Positions 49,820 to 60,362 of a DNA stretch of 64,000 bases are shown here, in pieces. The position numbers were made by a program, and so were the translations under genes. The notes under the pieces are model-generated. The model ran no database searches. It had not been told where the DNA came from and saw only the letters and a list, made by a program, of their open reading frames with translations. Within the stretch, counting starts at the first letter, position 1; each line of letters begins with the position of its first letter. Source of the DNA: an uncultured bacterium. GTDB taxonomy: Bacteria > Verrucomicrobiota > Verrucomicrobiia > Limisphaerales > UBA8199. The stretch lies in assembly GCA_963749495.1 (NCBI GenBank), contig CAVVMW010000010.1, forward strand, positions 128,001-192,000, given 5' to 3'.

Positions 49820-51292
49820 CTATAGCTTCCTGGCCACCCGGCGGAAGTGATAGCCCGTAACGGCCAGCTCGATGCCGTGACGGAGTTGGCGCGGGCGGCG
49901 GAGCAAGGTGCTCCAGAAGAAGCGCCAGTAGTTGTGGCGGCCGCGCTCGGCGATGCCGAGCACCCAGAACGACTTGAGAAAGGCCTTGAAATCGGCGTGA
50001 GAGAGCGGCACGCGCGGGCCGCGCGGCCGGTGCTGGTCCAGAAAAGTGCGGATGCGCTGATAATAGGCCTTGGGTTCGTAGAGCTTCTTCATCAGGTCCC
50101 GGTAACCGGCCTGGAGGAACTCGCGGTTCAACTTGGTCTTGAAATTGAGGACGGCCTCGGTGTTGTTGCCGGTGGCGTCCGTCTCGATGCGTCCCTCGCG
50201 CAACAGGCGCTGGTGGAGCCTGGTCTGGGGCAGGGCCTGCAGCAGGCCGACCATGGCGGTCACCACACCGGACCGTTGGATGAACTCGAACTGGCGTTTG
50301 AAGATGTCCTGCTGGTCATGGTCGAAGCCAACGATAAAGCCGCCCATGACCTCCATGCCGGCGCGCTGGAGGGTGCGGACCGATTCGACCAGGTCGCGGC
50401 CTTTGTTCTGGAGCTTATGGCATTCCTGCAGGCTCTGCGGCACCGGCGTCTCGATCCCGACAAAGACCTTCTTGAACCCGGCGCGGGCCATGAGATCGCA
50501 CAACTCGGCGTCCTCGGCCAGGTTCACCGAGGCCTCGGTGAAAAACCCCATCCCCGGCCGCACGCGCTCGCGCCAGGCGATCATCTCGCGCAACAGCAAC
50601 TTGGTCTGTTTCCTGTCGCCGATGAAATTGTCATCGACGAGGAAGACCATGTCCTTCCAGGCCTGGAGGCGGAGGGTCTCCAGTTCGCCGATAAGCTGGT
50701 GCGGGGTCTTGGTGCGGGGCGCCCGGCCGTTCATGATGATGATGTCGCAGAACTCGCAGTCGTAAGGGCAGCCGCGCGAGAACTGGACGGCCATGGTGAC
50801 GTAATGCCTGAAATCGATCAGGTCCCACCGCGGCGCCGGCACGCGGGTGATGTCGGGCCGCGCGGCGGCGCGGTATTGGGGGCGCACGGCGCCCGCGCGC
50901 ATGTCCGCCGCCAACTGCGGGAGGCACTCTTCGGCCTCGCCCAGGACGAAATGCTGGACCGAGGGGAACTGCTCGTGCCCGGTGGTAAAGAGCGGGCCGC
51001 CGGCGATGATCGGCTTGCGCAAGGCATTGCAGCGGGCCACGATTTCGTTCACCGATGCCTTGTGTACGATCATCGCGCTGATCATGACGTAATCGGCCCA
51101 GCGCAGGTCGCTCTCCTTGAGGCGTTCCACGTTCAGGTCGATCAGCTTGATCTCCCAGTCCGGAGGCAACATCGCGGCAACCGTCAACAGGCCCAGCGGC
51201 GGAAAGGCGGAACGCTTGGACACAAACGGGAGCGCGTGCTTGAAGCTCCAGAACGTGTCCGGGTTCTGCGGATAGACCATCAAAACTTTCAT
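49820..51292 (-). CDS. B12-binding radical SAM protein (DUF4070 C-terminus)
   Basis: PPLGLLTVAA, SRGCPYDCEFC, DDNF, GFIVGFD. Confidence 0.92.
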   Translation of the reverse strand: MKVLMVYPQNPDTFWSFKHALPFVSKRSAFPPLGLLTVAAMLPPDWEIKLIDLNVERLKESDLRWADYVMISAMIVHKASVNEIVARCNALRKPIIAGGPLFTTGHEQFPSVQHFVLGEAEECLPQLAADMRAGAVRPQYRAAARPDITRVPAPRWDLIDFRHYVTMAVQFSRGCPYDCEFCDIIIMNGRAPRTKTPHQLIGELETLRLQAWKDMVFLVDDNFIGDRKQTKLLLREMIAWRERVRPGMGFFTEASVNLAEDAELCDLMARAGFKKVFVGIETPVPQSLQECHKLQNKGRDLVESVRTLQRAGMEVMGGFIVGFDHDQQDIFKRQFEFIQRSGVVTAMVGLLQALPQTRLHQRLLREGRIETDATGNNTEAVLNFKTKLNREFLQAGYRDLMKKLYEPKAYYQRIRTFLDQHRPRGPRVPLSHADFKAFLKSFWVLGIAERGRHNYWRFFWSTLLRRPRQLRHGIELAVTGYHFRRVARKL

Positions 51293-51304
51293 AGCTCAGA
51301 AATC

Positions 51305-52711
51305 CTACCACAGCCTGACTCGGGCGTAGCTGATGGTCTGGGGCGCGCCAGCGCGCTGGCCGAGCAACTCGATGCTGTTGGCAGGGGGCGAGCCGCCTCG
51401 CACCGTGGCCGTGAAATAGGCGACAAAGGGCTGCTTGAATGGAACGCGCGCCGCCGCCCCCGGCTCGCCCTCCGGCAGCATCTCCAGCACCCGGTTCTCC
51501 GAGACCCCTTTGCCGGCGGTGTCGCTCCCCTGGACATAGAAGACAACGAACAGGCGGTGGTCCGGCGTGACCTGGAACCGGGGCGCGGAGGGGATCAGGT
51601 TGGACTTGCCTTCCTCGGCCGCCAGGAGCGTCCGGCGGCGGACGACTTTGCCCGCGCGCACGACGGCATAGTTGAGGGCATGGCTTTGCCTGGCCTCGGG
51701 AAAGAACTTCTGGCGCAGGCGCTCGTCCAGGGCGCGTTCTGTCCAGAGGATGTGCGCCGCCCCGTCCGGCGCCACCCACAGGTCGCCGGGCGTGATCCAT
51801 CCGCACGTCTTGTCCCGGCTGGCGAGCTCGACCCATGGGCCGAACTGCTCGCGCGTAATGTCCGGCGTCCACGCATAGAACAGCCGGCGGAAATCGTAGT
51901 CCCAGTCCTGGCCGGTGAGTTGCTTCTTGTAGGCGCGCCATTCCGGGTAGGGCTCGATGATGTCGCTGACGCCGCAAAAATGCGCTGCGCGGTTGGCGAG
52001 GGCGACGTTGGGGTAGCAGACCCGGATGGGCTCGGGTTTGGGATACTCGGGGCCTGCGGGCCAGGGCAATCTGCCCTGGGCGGCCCATTGCCCGGCGCGG
52101 TTGCGGAATGCCCACTCGGCGTGCGTATAGCCGATATTCTGAAAGAGGATGAGTTCACCGCCGGGCCCGTCGGCCGCGAGACTGCGATACGAATGCTCGG
52201 TGAACTCGGGGTGTCCGCTCCAGCCCGGCTCGATCGGCTGGGCCGGCGCTTTGGCGTCCTGGGCGGCGAATTGCAGAATCTGCGGCCGCGCCGGACCGGC
52301 GTAGGTATTGCTGGGGGTCAGCGTCGGGTTGGCCGAGAGGAAGAGTCGGCCGTCGGGAAAGCCGGCCAGCGGGCAAGGCTCGCGCGTGCGGCCGGCGGCA
52401 TCAGCCTGCGCAAGCTGCCAGCCGGCGGCGGTCCGCTCGAAGAGCAGCCAGCGGCAGTTGTTGAGCGGCTTGAGGCCCTTGAGCGTTTCGAGCCCGCTGG
52501 CGAAGAGCCGCCCGCCGCTGCGCGCCAGGCACGTGGAGCCGTGGCACCAGAGCGGGCCCGCCCCGTTGTCCGCCGGTTCGAACGTATAGAGGTCCTCCTC
52601 GATTTCGACCGCCGGCCGCAGCCCCGGCGCCGGCCGGGCAGTCGTGCCGGCCAGCAGGACCCACAGAATGACCAAAACCGTCCTGCCGCCCGCCGACCTG
52701 GGAATCTTCAT
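51305..52711 (-). CDS. secreted hypothetical protein
   Basis: Signal peptide, 468-aa ORF in the same orientation as its neighbours. Confidence 0.7.
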   Translation of the reverse strand: MKIPRSAGGRTVLVILWVLLAGTTARPAPGLRPAVEIEEDLYTFEPADNGAGPLWCHGSTCLARSGGRLFASGLETLKGLKPLNNCRWLLFERTAAGWQLAQADAAGRTREPCPLAGFPDGRLFLSANPTLTPSNTYAGPARPQILQFAAQDAKAPAQPIEPGWSGHPEFTEHSYRSLAADGPGGELILFQNIGYTHAEWAFRNRAGQWAAQGRLPWPAGPEYPKPEPIRVCYPNVALANRAAHFCGVSDIIEPYPEWRAYKKQLTGQDWDYDFRRLFYAWTPDITREQFGPWVELASRDKTCGWITPGDLWVAPDGAAHILWTERALDERLRQKFFPEARQSHALNYAVVRAGKVVRRRTLLAAEEGKSNLIPSAPRFQVTPDHRLFVVFYVQGSDTAGKGVSENRVLEMLPEGEPGAAARVPFKQPFVAYFTATVRGGSPPANSIELLGQRAGAPQTISYARVRLW

Positions 52712-52763
52712 GGCGCGATAATCCTCGACCCTCCCGCGTTAGTCCAGCCTGGAACGCGACCGG

Positions 52764-52972
52764 TCACTGAAGACGGCGACAGAGTCTCCGGCGGACCCCT
52801 CACCCCGACCCTCTCCCCGTCCGACGGGGAGAGGGAGAGGCGTCGGCAATCTCGGGAGCTTCCAGGCGCCTGCGCTTCCTCGAAGCGCCACGGAGACCTC
52901 CCCCTCTCCCCTTCCGAAGGGGAGAGGGCCGGGGTGAGGGGTCTGCCCGCGGTCTGGCTCCCGCCTTCAGTG
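52764..52972. repeat. ~210-bp MITE/REP-like element, family C copy 1
   Basis: tcactgaag..cccctcaccccgaccctctcccc..ggggagagggccggggtgagggg..cttcagtga. Confidence 0.75.
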
Positions 52973-53054
52973 ACCGATCACCCTGGAACGGAATTTCACC
53001 CTTTACTAGTAGATCCGGGGGGCTTACTCTGCTGATAACGTAGATGGTTAAAGT

Positions 53055-53360
53055 ATGAATCAAATGTTTGCATTGTTTGACTTGGGTGGTGGCCAAATCC
53101 TGCTGATCCTGGCGGTCATATTGATCTTTTTCGGCGCCCGGCGGATTCCGGACCTGGCCAAGGGCCTGGGGCAGGGCATTAAAGAGTTCAAGAAGGCGAC
53201 TCAAGAAGTGACGGACGAGATCAACAACTCGGCGAATTACACTCCACCTCCTTCTCCGCCGCCGGCCCCGCCCGCCCCCGCCGAGCCCCGGCAGATTGCC
53301 GAAGCGCCGCCGGCCGAGAAACCCGCCGCGGCTCCGCAGTCCACCGAGCATAAGGCCTAA
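53055..53360 (+). CDS. tatA: twin-arginine translocase TatA/E
   Basis: [34 protein letters not shown]. Confidence 0.95.
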   Translation: MNQMFALFDLGGGQILLILAVILIFFGARRIPDLAKGLGQGIKEFKKATQEVTDEINNSANYTPPPSPPPAPPAPAEPRQIAEAPPAEKPAAAPQSTEHKA

Positions 53361-53384
53361 GCTGCTGCCGCAGTCTTCTTGCTC

Positions 53385-54440
53385 ATGGCCGAAGACGACG
53401 ATGCACTGCGTACTGGCGCCGCTTCCGAAGCAAAGGAAGACGAGGGTGGTCCAGTCAAGTCGTTTCTCGAACACCTCGAGGATCTCCGCTGGGTGCTCAT
53501 CAAGAGCCTGGTGGCCCTGGGCGTGGCGTTCATCGTCTGCCTGGTCGCCGGCAATGAGGTCCTCAGCGTCCTCAAGCGGCCCCTGACGCGGGCCAAGGTC
53601 TCTTACCCTCGTGACCACCAGGTGGTGACGTTTCTATGGTTCACGAACCGCCTCCAGGTTTTCGAGGTGCCCCGCTACGGCCCGGAGAGCCTGCACCTGA
53701 GCACCAACCAGTACGTTACCTTGCACCTCGACCTGGTCCCCGAGGCCGAGAGCGCCACCAACAACACGTTCGCCGTGCGTGTGCACATGGACTCGGACCC
53801 GACCGAGGCCCAGCGACTCGACAAGGCGGTTCCCCTGGTCGCCCTGGGCCCGGCGTCGGCCTTCATCATGGCTGTGCAGGTGGCCATCTATGCGGGGGTG
53901 CTCCTGGCCTCGCCGTTCATCCTCTACTTCGTCGCCAGCTTCGTCTTCCCGGCCCTCAAGCTCAAGGAGCGGAAGTACGTTTATCGCGGGTTGTTCTACG
54001 GCATGGGCCTGTTCGCGGCGGGCGTGAGCTTCTGCTATTTCATCCTGATGCCCTTCGCCCTCTCCGCTTCGGTCCGCTACACCCAATGGCTCGGGATCTC
54101 CGTGCAGCAGTGGCGCGCCGAGGAGTTCATCAGTTTCGTCTCCAAGTTCATGCTCGGCATGGGACTCGGGTTCGAGATGCCCGTGGTCTTGCTGGTCCTG
54201 GTCAAGATCGGGATCCTCAACTACAAGCTCCTCTCCAAGGCCCGGCGCTATGTCCTGGTCATCAATTTCTTCCTGGGCGCCGTCCTGACGACGCCCGAGA
54301 TTTTCACCCAACTCCTGATGGCCCTGCCGCTGCAAGTCCTCTTCGAGATCAGCGTCTGGATAGCCTGGTACTGGGAGCGGCGCGACCGCAGGCGCCTGGC
54401 CGCCCAAGAGGCCGCCGAGGCGGCGGCTGGACAAGCCTAA
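53385..54440 (+). CDS. tatC: twin-arginine translocase TatC
   Basis: SFLEHLEDLR, FVFPAL..ERK, GLGFEMP, RRY, LFEISV. Confidence 0.95.
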   Translation: MAEDDDALRTGAASEAKEDEGGPVKSFLEHLEDLRWVLIKSLVALGVAFIVCLVAGNEVLSVLKRPLTRAKVSYPRDHQVVTFLWFTNRLQVFEVPRYGPESLHLSTNQYVTLHLDLVPEAESATNNTFAVRVHMDSDPTEAQRLDKAVPLVALGPASAFIMAVQVAIYAGVLLASPFILYFVASFVFPALKLKERKYVYRGLFYGMGLFAAGVSFCYFILMPFALSASVRYTQWLGISVQQWRAEEFISFVSKFMLGMGLGFEMPVVLLVLVKIGILNYKLLSKARRYVLVINFFLGAVLTTPEIFTQLLMALPLQVLFEISVWIAWYWERRDRRRLAAQEAAEAAAGQA

Positions 54441-54480
54441 CGACAACGGATTTCGGGTTTTTCAAACCAACAATACGTCG

Positions 54481-55170
54481 ATGGTCCGCCTGGTCCTGTT
54501 TGACGTCGATGGCACCTTGATCCGCACGGGCGGGGCGGGCATGAGGGCCTTTGCGAAGGTGTTCGCCACCGAATTCAATGCCATCGACGGCTTCGAGCGG
54601 CTCAAGTTCGCCGGACGCACCGACATGAGCCTGCTCCGGGAGTTCTTCGGCTTTCACGGAATCCCACCGACGCCGGCGAATTTTCAGCGGTTTTTCGACC
54701 GGTATGTGTTCTGGCTGGACCAGATCTTGCAGGAGAGCGAGGCCAAGGTCTGCCCCGGGGTGCGGGAGTTCATCGAGGGCCTGCAGGCCCTGCCACAGCC
54801 GCCGCTGCTGGGCCTGCTCACGGGCAACGTCCGTTTGGGGGCCGAAATCAAGCTGCGTCACCTGCACCTCTGGGAGCCCTTCGCCACGGGCGCCTTTGCC
54901 GATGACCACGAGGAACGCGCCCAGATCGCCGCCATCGCCCGCCAACGCGCCAGCGCCATGCTCGGGCAAGACCTGCGCGGCGGCCAGGTCCTGGTCGTTG
55001 GCGACACGCCGCTGGATATCCGTTGCGCCCGAGCCATCGGCGCCAAGGTCCTGGCCGTGGCCACCGGCGGCTGCACGCTCCAGGAATTGCAAGCGCACCA
55101 ACCCGACTGGGCGGTAAACGATCTGCTCGAAGCCAAGCCGGACGTGGTCGTGGCGGGTGGCCCTCAGTAG
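54481..55170 (+). CDS. HAD-family hydrolase
   Basis: LFDVDGTL, GRTD, LTGN, VGDTPLD. Confidence 0.9.
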   Translation: MVRLVLFDVDGTLIRTGGAGMRAFAKVFATEFNAIDGFERLKFAGRTDMSLLREFFGFHGIPPTPANFQRFFDRYVFWLDQILQESEAKVCPGVREFIEGLQALPQPPLLGLLTGNVRLGAEIKLRHLHLWEPFATGAFADDHEERAQIAAIARQRASAMLGQDLRGGQVLVVGDTPLDIRCARAIGAKVLAVATGGCTLQELQAHQPDWAVNDLLEAKPDVVVAGGPQ

Positions 55171-55314
55171 CACCGTGGCCTCGGCCCGGCCGGAGCAAAA
55201 CTTCGTCGCGACCTTTGTCGCGGCCTTTGTCGAAACCATCGTCGCAACCTTGGTCGCTGCCGTTGTCGGGCTGGCCGCTCTTCGACAAAGGCCGCGACAA
55301 AGGTTGAACTGGGG

Positions 55315-55572
55315 TCAATGCCGGTGCTTGCCGCCGCCGCAACTGCACCCGCAGGAGCCGCCGCCGCTCCCGTCGCAGGGCGCGCCCGTCCGCGCGCAGT
55401 AGTCCTGGCCCTTGTTTCCATTGCCGCTGCCAGCGGAGGCAAACACGGAGAGCTTCTTCGAGAGCCGCGTGGACCCGCATTGCGGGCATTTGGTCCCCCG
55501 CCACTTGCTGGAACGGACCAGGATCTCGCTGTCGCTGTCGCACTTTTGGCAATGAAACTCGTATATCGGCAT
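55315..55572 (-). CDS. FmdB-family zinc-ribbon protein
   Basis: MPIYEFHCQKC..CPQCGS..KKLS. Confidence 0.88.
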   Translation of the reverse strand: MPIYEFHCQKCDSDSEILVRSSKWRGTKCPQCGSTRLSKKLSVFASAGSGNGNKGQDYCARTGAPCDGSGGGSCGCSCGGGKHRH

Positions 55573-55810
55573 GGGAGCACGATAGCGGAAGGCGGAGGAA
55601 GCTCAAGGGTAAAGGCTAAAGGCTGAAGGCTAAAGGCCAAAGCGCCGGGTAGGGCGAGCGCGAGCGCCCCGGGCCGTGGGGGTGTGGGCGGGCAGACTTG
55701 GTCTTAAGGGACAAAAGGGACCTCAGGGAGGAAAGGGACGAAGCAACGCCTGTCTTTAGCCTTTAGCCTTTGGCCTTGACACCCTCCTCAAAACACTCCA
55801 TCACAGAAGC

Positions 55811-56776
55811 ATGAATTATCCACTCACGCGTCGTCAGTTTCTCACTCGCGCTACCGGGGCCGCCGCGCTGGCCTTGATGGCGTCGCCCTCACTGCGTGCC
55901 GCGGCTTTCCGGGGCCGAATCCACAAGGCAAAGATTGTGCACCAAGTGACCGAAGCCACGCTGCAACCGCTCAAGGAGGCCGGCTTCGAGGGTGTCGAGA
56001 GCGATTACGTTTGCGCGGAAGACGAGGCGGCCCAGGGCCAGGCCGTGGCCAAGAGTCTTGGCATGAGGGTACACTCGGTCTTGCGGGGGTGGATGGAGTT
56101 CAACAGCCCGGACGCCGGGAAGGTCGAGAAATCGCTTGAAAGCACGCGCATGGCCCTGCGCGCCGCCCGGGCTTATGGCGCGGATGACATCCTGCTGGTG
56201 CCCTGCCGCATCGGCGGCATGCCCATGCCCGAGGCCTGGGAGTTCGATCTCGCCTACGACCCCAAGAGCGGCCACCTCACCCGCGTGGCCGCCGGCGACA
56301 ACTCCCGCTACGCTGCCTATATCGAAGCGCATAACCGCGCCGCGGACACCTCCAAGGCCGCCGTCGAGAAACTCATCCCGCTGGCCACCGAGCTCAAGAT
56401 CGTCATCGGCATCGAGAATGTTTGGAACAATCTCTGGGTCAAACCGGACATCTTCCGCGATTTCGTCGCCTCCTTCGGCAATCCCTGGGTGAAGGCCTAC
56501 TTCGACATCGGCAATCATGTGAAGTACGCCCCGCCGCAGGATTGGATCAAGGCCCTGGGCCCGCTCATCATCAGGCTCCATGTCAAGGACTTCAAGCTCA
56601 ACCCCAACGGCCACGGCGGCACGTTCGTCCACCCGCGGGACGGGAGCATCAATTGGCCCGCCGTGCGTCAGGCGCTGGACAACGTCGGCTACAACGGCTG
56701 GGCCAGCATCGAGGACGACGGCCTTTCCCTGGCCGAGTTCAACCGCCGCTTCGACCTGATCCTGCAGGGGGAATAA
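55811..56776 (+). CDS. Tat-exported sugar phosphate isomerase/epimerase (xylose isomerase-like TIM barrel)
   Basis: TRRQFL signal; IENVWN, FDIGN, LHVKD. Confidence 0.88.
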   Translation: MNYPLTRRQFLTRATGAAALALMASPSLRAAAFRGRIHKAKIVHQVTEATLQPLKEAGFEGVESDYVCAEDEAAQGQAVAKSLGMRVHSVLRGWMEFNSPDAGKVEKSLESTRMALRAARAYGADDILLVPCRIGGMPMPEAWEFDLAYDPKSGHLTRVAAGDNSRYAAYIEAHNRAADTSKAAVEKLIPLATELKIVIGIENVWNNLWVKPDIFRDFVASFGNPWVKAYFDIGNHVKYAPPQDWIKALGPLIIRLHVKDFKLNPNGHGGTFVHPRDGSINWPAVRQALDNVGYNGWASIEDDGLSLAEFNRRFDLILQGE

Positions 56777-56788
56777 GCCGAAATTGTC

Positions 56789-58216
56789 TCAGAGCAACCT
56801 GAGCAGCCCCGTCTCCTTGAGGCTCAGGTACGGCAACGCTACCGTCGAGGCGTAGAGCGGATTGACATATTCGCGTGTATCCGGGTTGCACCATTCCCAG
56901 GCATCAGTCAGGCCGTCCTGGCGCATATTCTGGCGCAAGAAGCCGATGTATTCCCTGGCGAGGTCCCTGGCCGCCGCCGGGTCAGAGCGCGAGACCGCGG
57001 AGATGTACCAACCTGTGGGCGTGCCCCAGTAGCCGCCGTTTTGGTAGGTGCCGAGATTTGAGACAGCGGCCTGCCAGCCACCCTGATTGAGCCTGTCGCT
57101 GGTCGGAAGGTGCCGGATGAAGCCGTGGCGGACGGTCGTGCGCTCGCGGAAGGCGCGCGCCAAGGCGCGCGAGACCTTCCGGGCGGTGGGTGTCCTAAGC
57201 GCGCCGCAGTGCACCGCGAAGGCGCTGCCCCAGACATCCGGCTGGTTGCCGACGCCCGTGGCGGAGTGGAGCCAACCCTCCGAGCCATCCGTCGGTGCAT
57301 GGAAAAACGCAGGGCCTATCGCAGCACGGATGGTGCGGGCGTCCTTGCGGCAGCGTGCGGCTTTGCCGGCCTGTGCGGAGGCGGCGAAAAGCGCCGCCAA
57401 CTGCCGGGCCGCGACCAGCTTCAGGAGCGAGGGGAACAGCAGCTTTCCGCTCTTGAAAACACTGTCGCAGAAGCCCCAGTCCTTGGCGTTCTCCTGGCCG
57501 ATGTCGCCGGCGGTTACCAGGCCCGTCGCCGAATCACAGGGCGGGGCCTGGTACACCTTCTCGCACAAGTCCGCCAACGGCTGTTCGCCGAACGAGGTCC
57601 GCACCGGAGACTGAAACAAGCCGAGGCTGCCCGTGAGCTTCCAATGCTGGTACACGCCGGTGAGGAAGTAGAAGTTGTTGTCCAGCGGGGGATACTTGCC
57701 CCAGGGATGGCCCCCCTGTTTGTCTCCGGTCTCGTAGTTGCCGGGATAGAAGGTGGGTTTGCCGTCGAAGTTGATGTGATCGGGGACCGTGTACGCGGGA
57801 ACAACCACTCCGGGCCGGACCAGCCAGTCCGATGGGCCGGGGAGCGCCCAACCGATCAATCGGACCCAGCCCTCAACCTCGTCCGCAGAGATAAAGTCGC
57901 CGCCGAGCATCATCATGGCGTCTCGGATCCAGAACGCCGGGTAGCCCATGTTGCCCCCGGGGACGTGGAGGTCGTATGGCGTCGTGTTGCGTTTCTGGCC
58001 GGAGGTTTGGCCCGCCTTCAATTGCGCCGACTCGATGACCCGCCGGGCCTGCTCCCTGAGAAAGGCCTCGTCCGTTTGGGCTGCGCCCGGCGCGGGGCGG
58101 GGGTGCGCGCACCCGCTCAAGGCCAGCCCGAGCAGCCCCAGGCCCAGTTTCCCGAAGTCGCGCCGGGTGTAGCCCGTTGGCCTGAGGCTCGGGGCACCGT
58201 TGCCGGATCGGTTCAC
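56789..58216 (-). CDS. Tat lipoprotein, six-hairpin glycosidase-like
   Basis: TRRDF..LSGC; YPAFWIRD, WGFCDS, YQNGGYW. Confidence 0.7.
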   Translation of the reverse strand: MNRSGNGAPSLRPTGYTRRDFGKLGLGLLGLALSGCAHPRPAPGAAQTDEAFLREQARRVIESAQLKAGQTSGQKRNTTPYDLHVPGGNMGYPAFWIRDAMMMLGGDFISADEVEGWVRLIGWALPGPSDWLVRPGVVVPAYTVPDHINFDGKPTFYPGNYETGDKQGGHPWGKYPPLDNNFYFLTGVYQHWKLTGSLGLFQSPVRTSFGEQPLADLCEKVYQAPPCDSATGLVTAGDIGQENAKDWGFCDSVFKSGKLLFPSLLKLVAARQLAALFAASAQAGKAARCRKDARTIRAAIGPAFFHAPTDGSEGWLHSATGVGNQPDVWGSAFAVHCGALRTPTARKVSRALARAFRERTTVRHGFIRHLPTSDRLNQGGWQAAVSNLGTYQNGGYWGTPTGWYISAVSRSDPAAARDLAREYIGFLRQNMRQDGLTDAWEWCNPDTREYVNPLYASTVALPYLSLKETGLLRLL

Positions 58217-58286
58217 CCGGCCAGCATGTTCGGTCCTCGCCGCAAGTCAAGCCACTCACGGACCAAGGCCGAGGGAAGTGAGGCCC

Positions 58287-58494
58287 CAGTGAAGGCGGGA
58301 GCGTCCCGGGGGCGGACCCCTCACCCCGGCCCTCTCCCCATCGGATGGGGAGAGGGAGGATTCTCCGTAGCGGCTCGAGCAACCACAGACGCGCGAAAGT
58401 TCAAGAGGCTGCCGACGCTTCTCCCTCTCCCCTTCGGAAGGGGAGAGGGTCGGGGTGAGGGGTCCGCAGGGGACTCCGTCTCTGCCTTCACTGA
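58287..58494. repeat. family C element copy 2
   Basis: cagtgaaggcgggag..cccctcacccc..ggggtgagggg..gccttcactga. Confidence 0.75.
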
Positions 58495-58558
58495 CCCGTC
58501 ACCCATTCAATCCCTTGCCGCTTGACCGGCCGCCACTCGCGGCTCCACTCTCAGGGTC

Positions 58559-59878
58559 GTGATAAGCCGTTTGGATTTCATCTGCGCGCGCGGGTTGCTC
58601 GCCCTGGTTTTGTCCGGCATTGGCGCGGGGGCTTTGGGTGCGGATTCATCCGCGCTCCAGGCCGGTGCCGCGCGAATCAACCTCACTCCGCCTGGGGAGA
58701 TGAAGGCGGCCCTGGGCGGGTACGGCGCGCGCCAAAGCAAGCCGGCCGTGGGGGTCCATGATGCGGTCTGGGCCAAGGCACTGGTTCTTGAGCAGGGCGG
58801 CAGGCGATTCGCGCTGGTGACCGCCGATGTCCTGGCCTTTCCGCCGGGATTCAAGGGGGCGGTCGTCGAGCGCCTGGCGGGCGAGGGGTGGAGCGCCGAC
58901 CAGTTCATGCTCCTGCCCAGCCACACCCATACGAGCATCGATATGATGGCCTTGCACCCGGGCAACACCTTTGGGAACCCGCAAGCCGGCCTTTTCCACA
59001 AGGAGCTTTTCGACCTGACCGCCGGCCGCCTGGCGGAGGTCATTCGCGCGGCAGGCCGCAAGCTCCAGCCGGTCCTCACCGGCTCGACCACCGTCTCGGT
59101 AGCGGACCGCAACCGCAATCGCCGCGGCCTGGCCATTCACGACACCGACCTGACCGTGACCCGGATTGACGCCGTCGGCGGCCACCCCCTGGCAACGCTG
59201 GTCAACTGGACGGCGCATCCCACGTTCATGAGCGCGTCAGACATGTCATTCTCCGGAGATTGGCCCGGACATCTCCAGCGGACCCTCGAGGCGCTCATTG
59301 GGGATGGGGTGACGGCGATGTTCTACAACGGGGCCGAAGGCGATCAATCCCCCGTGCCGCCGCCCGACTGCGGCAGCAACTGGGAACGGGCCGAGCGTTA
59401 TGGCCGGGAGATGGCAATCCTGGCCTGGCGTGCCTGGAACCAGATCGAGGCTCGTCAAACCCGGAACTTCGCCTGGCACACAGAAACCATCGCCCTGCCC
59501 AAGCGCCGCCCACACCCGGACTTCATGAGGACCGGCGGCGCCGAATACGGCCTGAGCGAAACCAGCGCGCAGGCCTTCCTGGATCAACTGGTGCCCGCGG
59601 AGACTCGCAGCACCTGTCTTCGATTGGGCGACCTGGTCATTCTGGGGGTGTCGGCGGAGATGGCAGCGGGGCTGGGGCTCGAAGCCAAGGCCAAGGCTCG
59701 GCAGGCTACGGGCGCTGCGGCGGTCACCATCGGCGGACTGGCCAACGAATGGGTCAGCTACGCCCTGCCCGCCCAGGAGTACCGCCGGGGCGGCTACGAG
59801 GCGAGCATGAGCTTCTACGGCGAGACCCTGGGAGACGTGCTGGTGGAGGGCGCGGTGCGCGCGGCAAAGGGATTATAG
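58559..59878 (+). CDS. neutral/alkaline ceramidase N-terminal-domain protein
   Basis: LGGYGAR..GVHD, SHTHT, NWTAHPT, SGDWPG, NGAEGD, GGYE. Confidence 0.82.
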   Translation: MISRLDFICARGLLALVLSGIGAGALGADSSALQAGAARINLTPPGEMKAALGGYGARQSKPAVGVHDAVWAKALVLEQGGRRFALVTADVLAFPPGFKGAVVERLAGEGWSADQFMLLPSHTHTSIDMMALHPGNTFGNPQAGLFHKELFDLTAGRLAEVIRAAGRKLQPVLTGSTTVSVADRNRNRRGLAIHDTDLTVTRIDAVGGHPLATLVNWTAHPTFMSASDMSFSGDWPGHLQRTLEALIGDGVTAMFYNGAEGDQSPVPPPDCGSNWERAERYGREMAILAWRAWNQIEARQTRNFAWHTETIALPKRRPHPDFMRTGGAEYGLSETSAQAFLDQLVPAETRSTCLRLGDLVILGVSAEMAAGLGLEAKAKARQATGAAAVTIGGLANEWVSYALPAQEYRRGGYEASMSFYGETLGDVLVEGAVRAAKGL

Positions 59879-59994
59879 CCCTGCATTGTCCACACTTGAA
59901 CAGGAGGAAACGGAGGGAACAGAGAAGGGCCTGGCAATCTCCATCCTCTCTGTTTTCTCTGTTGCCTCCTGTTCAATGCCGTTTGCGCACGGGC

Positions 59995-60203
59995 TCAGTG
60001 AAGGCGGGAGCGTCGCGGGGGCAGACCCCTCACCCTGGCCCTCTCCCCTTCGGAAGGGGAGAGGGAGAGTTTTCGGTAGCGCTTAGAGGAAGCGGAGACG
60101 CCCGGAGGCTCCCGAGACTGCCGACGCCTCGCCCTCTCCCCTTCGGAAGGGGAGAGGGTTGGGGTGAGGGGTCTGGCCGGCATTCCGTCTCCGCCTACAA
60201 CGA
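59995..60203. repeat. family C element copy 3
   Basis: tcagtgaaggcgggag..cccctcaccctggccctctcccc..ggggtgagggg. Confidence 0.75.
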
Positions 60204-60362
60204 CCGGTTCGCCCATTTGCGCACCGCGTCCTTGATTCCCCCGCGGCCCAGATTATAATCGGTCATCGTTATTCTCGCACTGGAGTCTCGATGCGGCACG
60301 GGAGCAGAGGGGGGATTCCTGTGCGCGCATCACGGGCAAAGCCCCGCAAGGGGCATTAGATC

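Noticed and set aside
49847..53035. 1062-aa + strand ORF
   Set aside because: Antisense shadow of the radical SAM gene and its neighbour in GC-rich DNA; no motifs.
55198..55305. inverted repeats (gcgacctttgtcg../..cgacaaagg) and GGCTAAA heptamers at 55.6-55.8 kb as ncRNA
   Set aside because: They look like ordinary intergenic REP-type palindromes or terminators; there is no evidence for a defined RNA.
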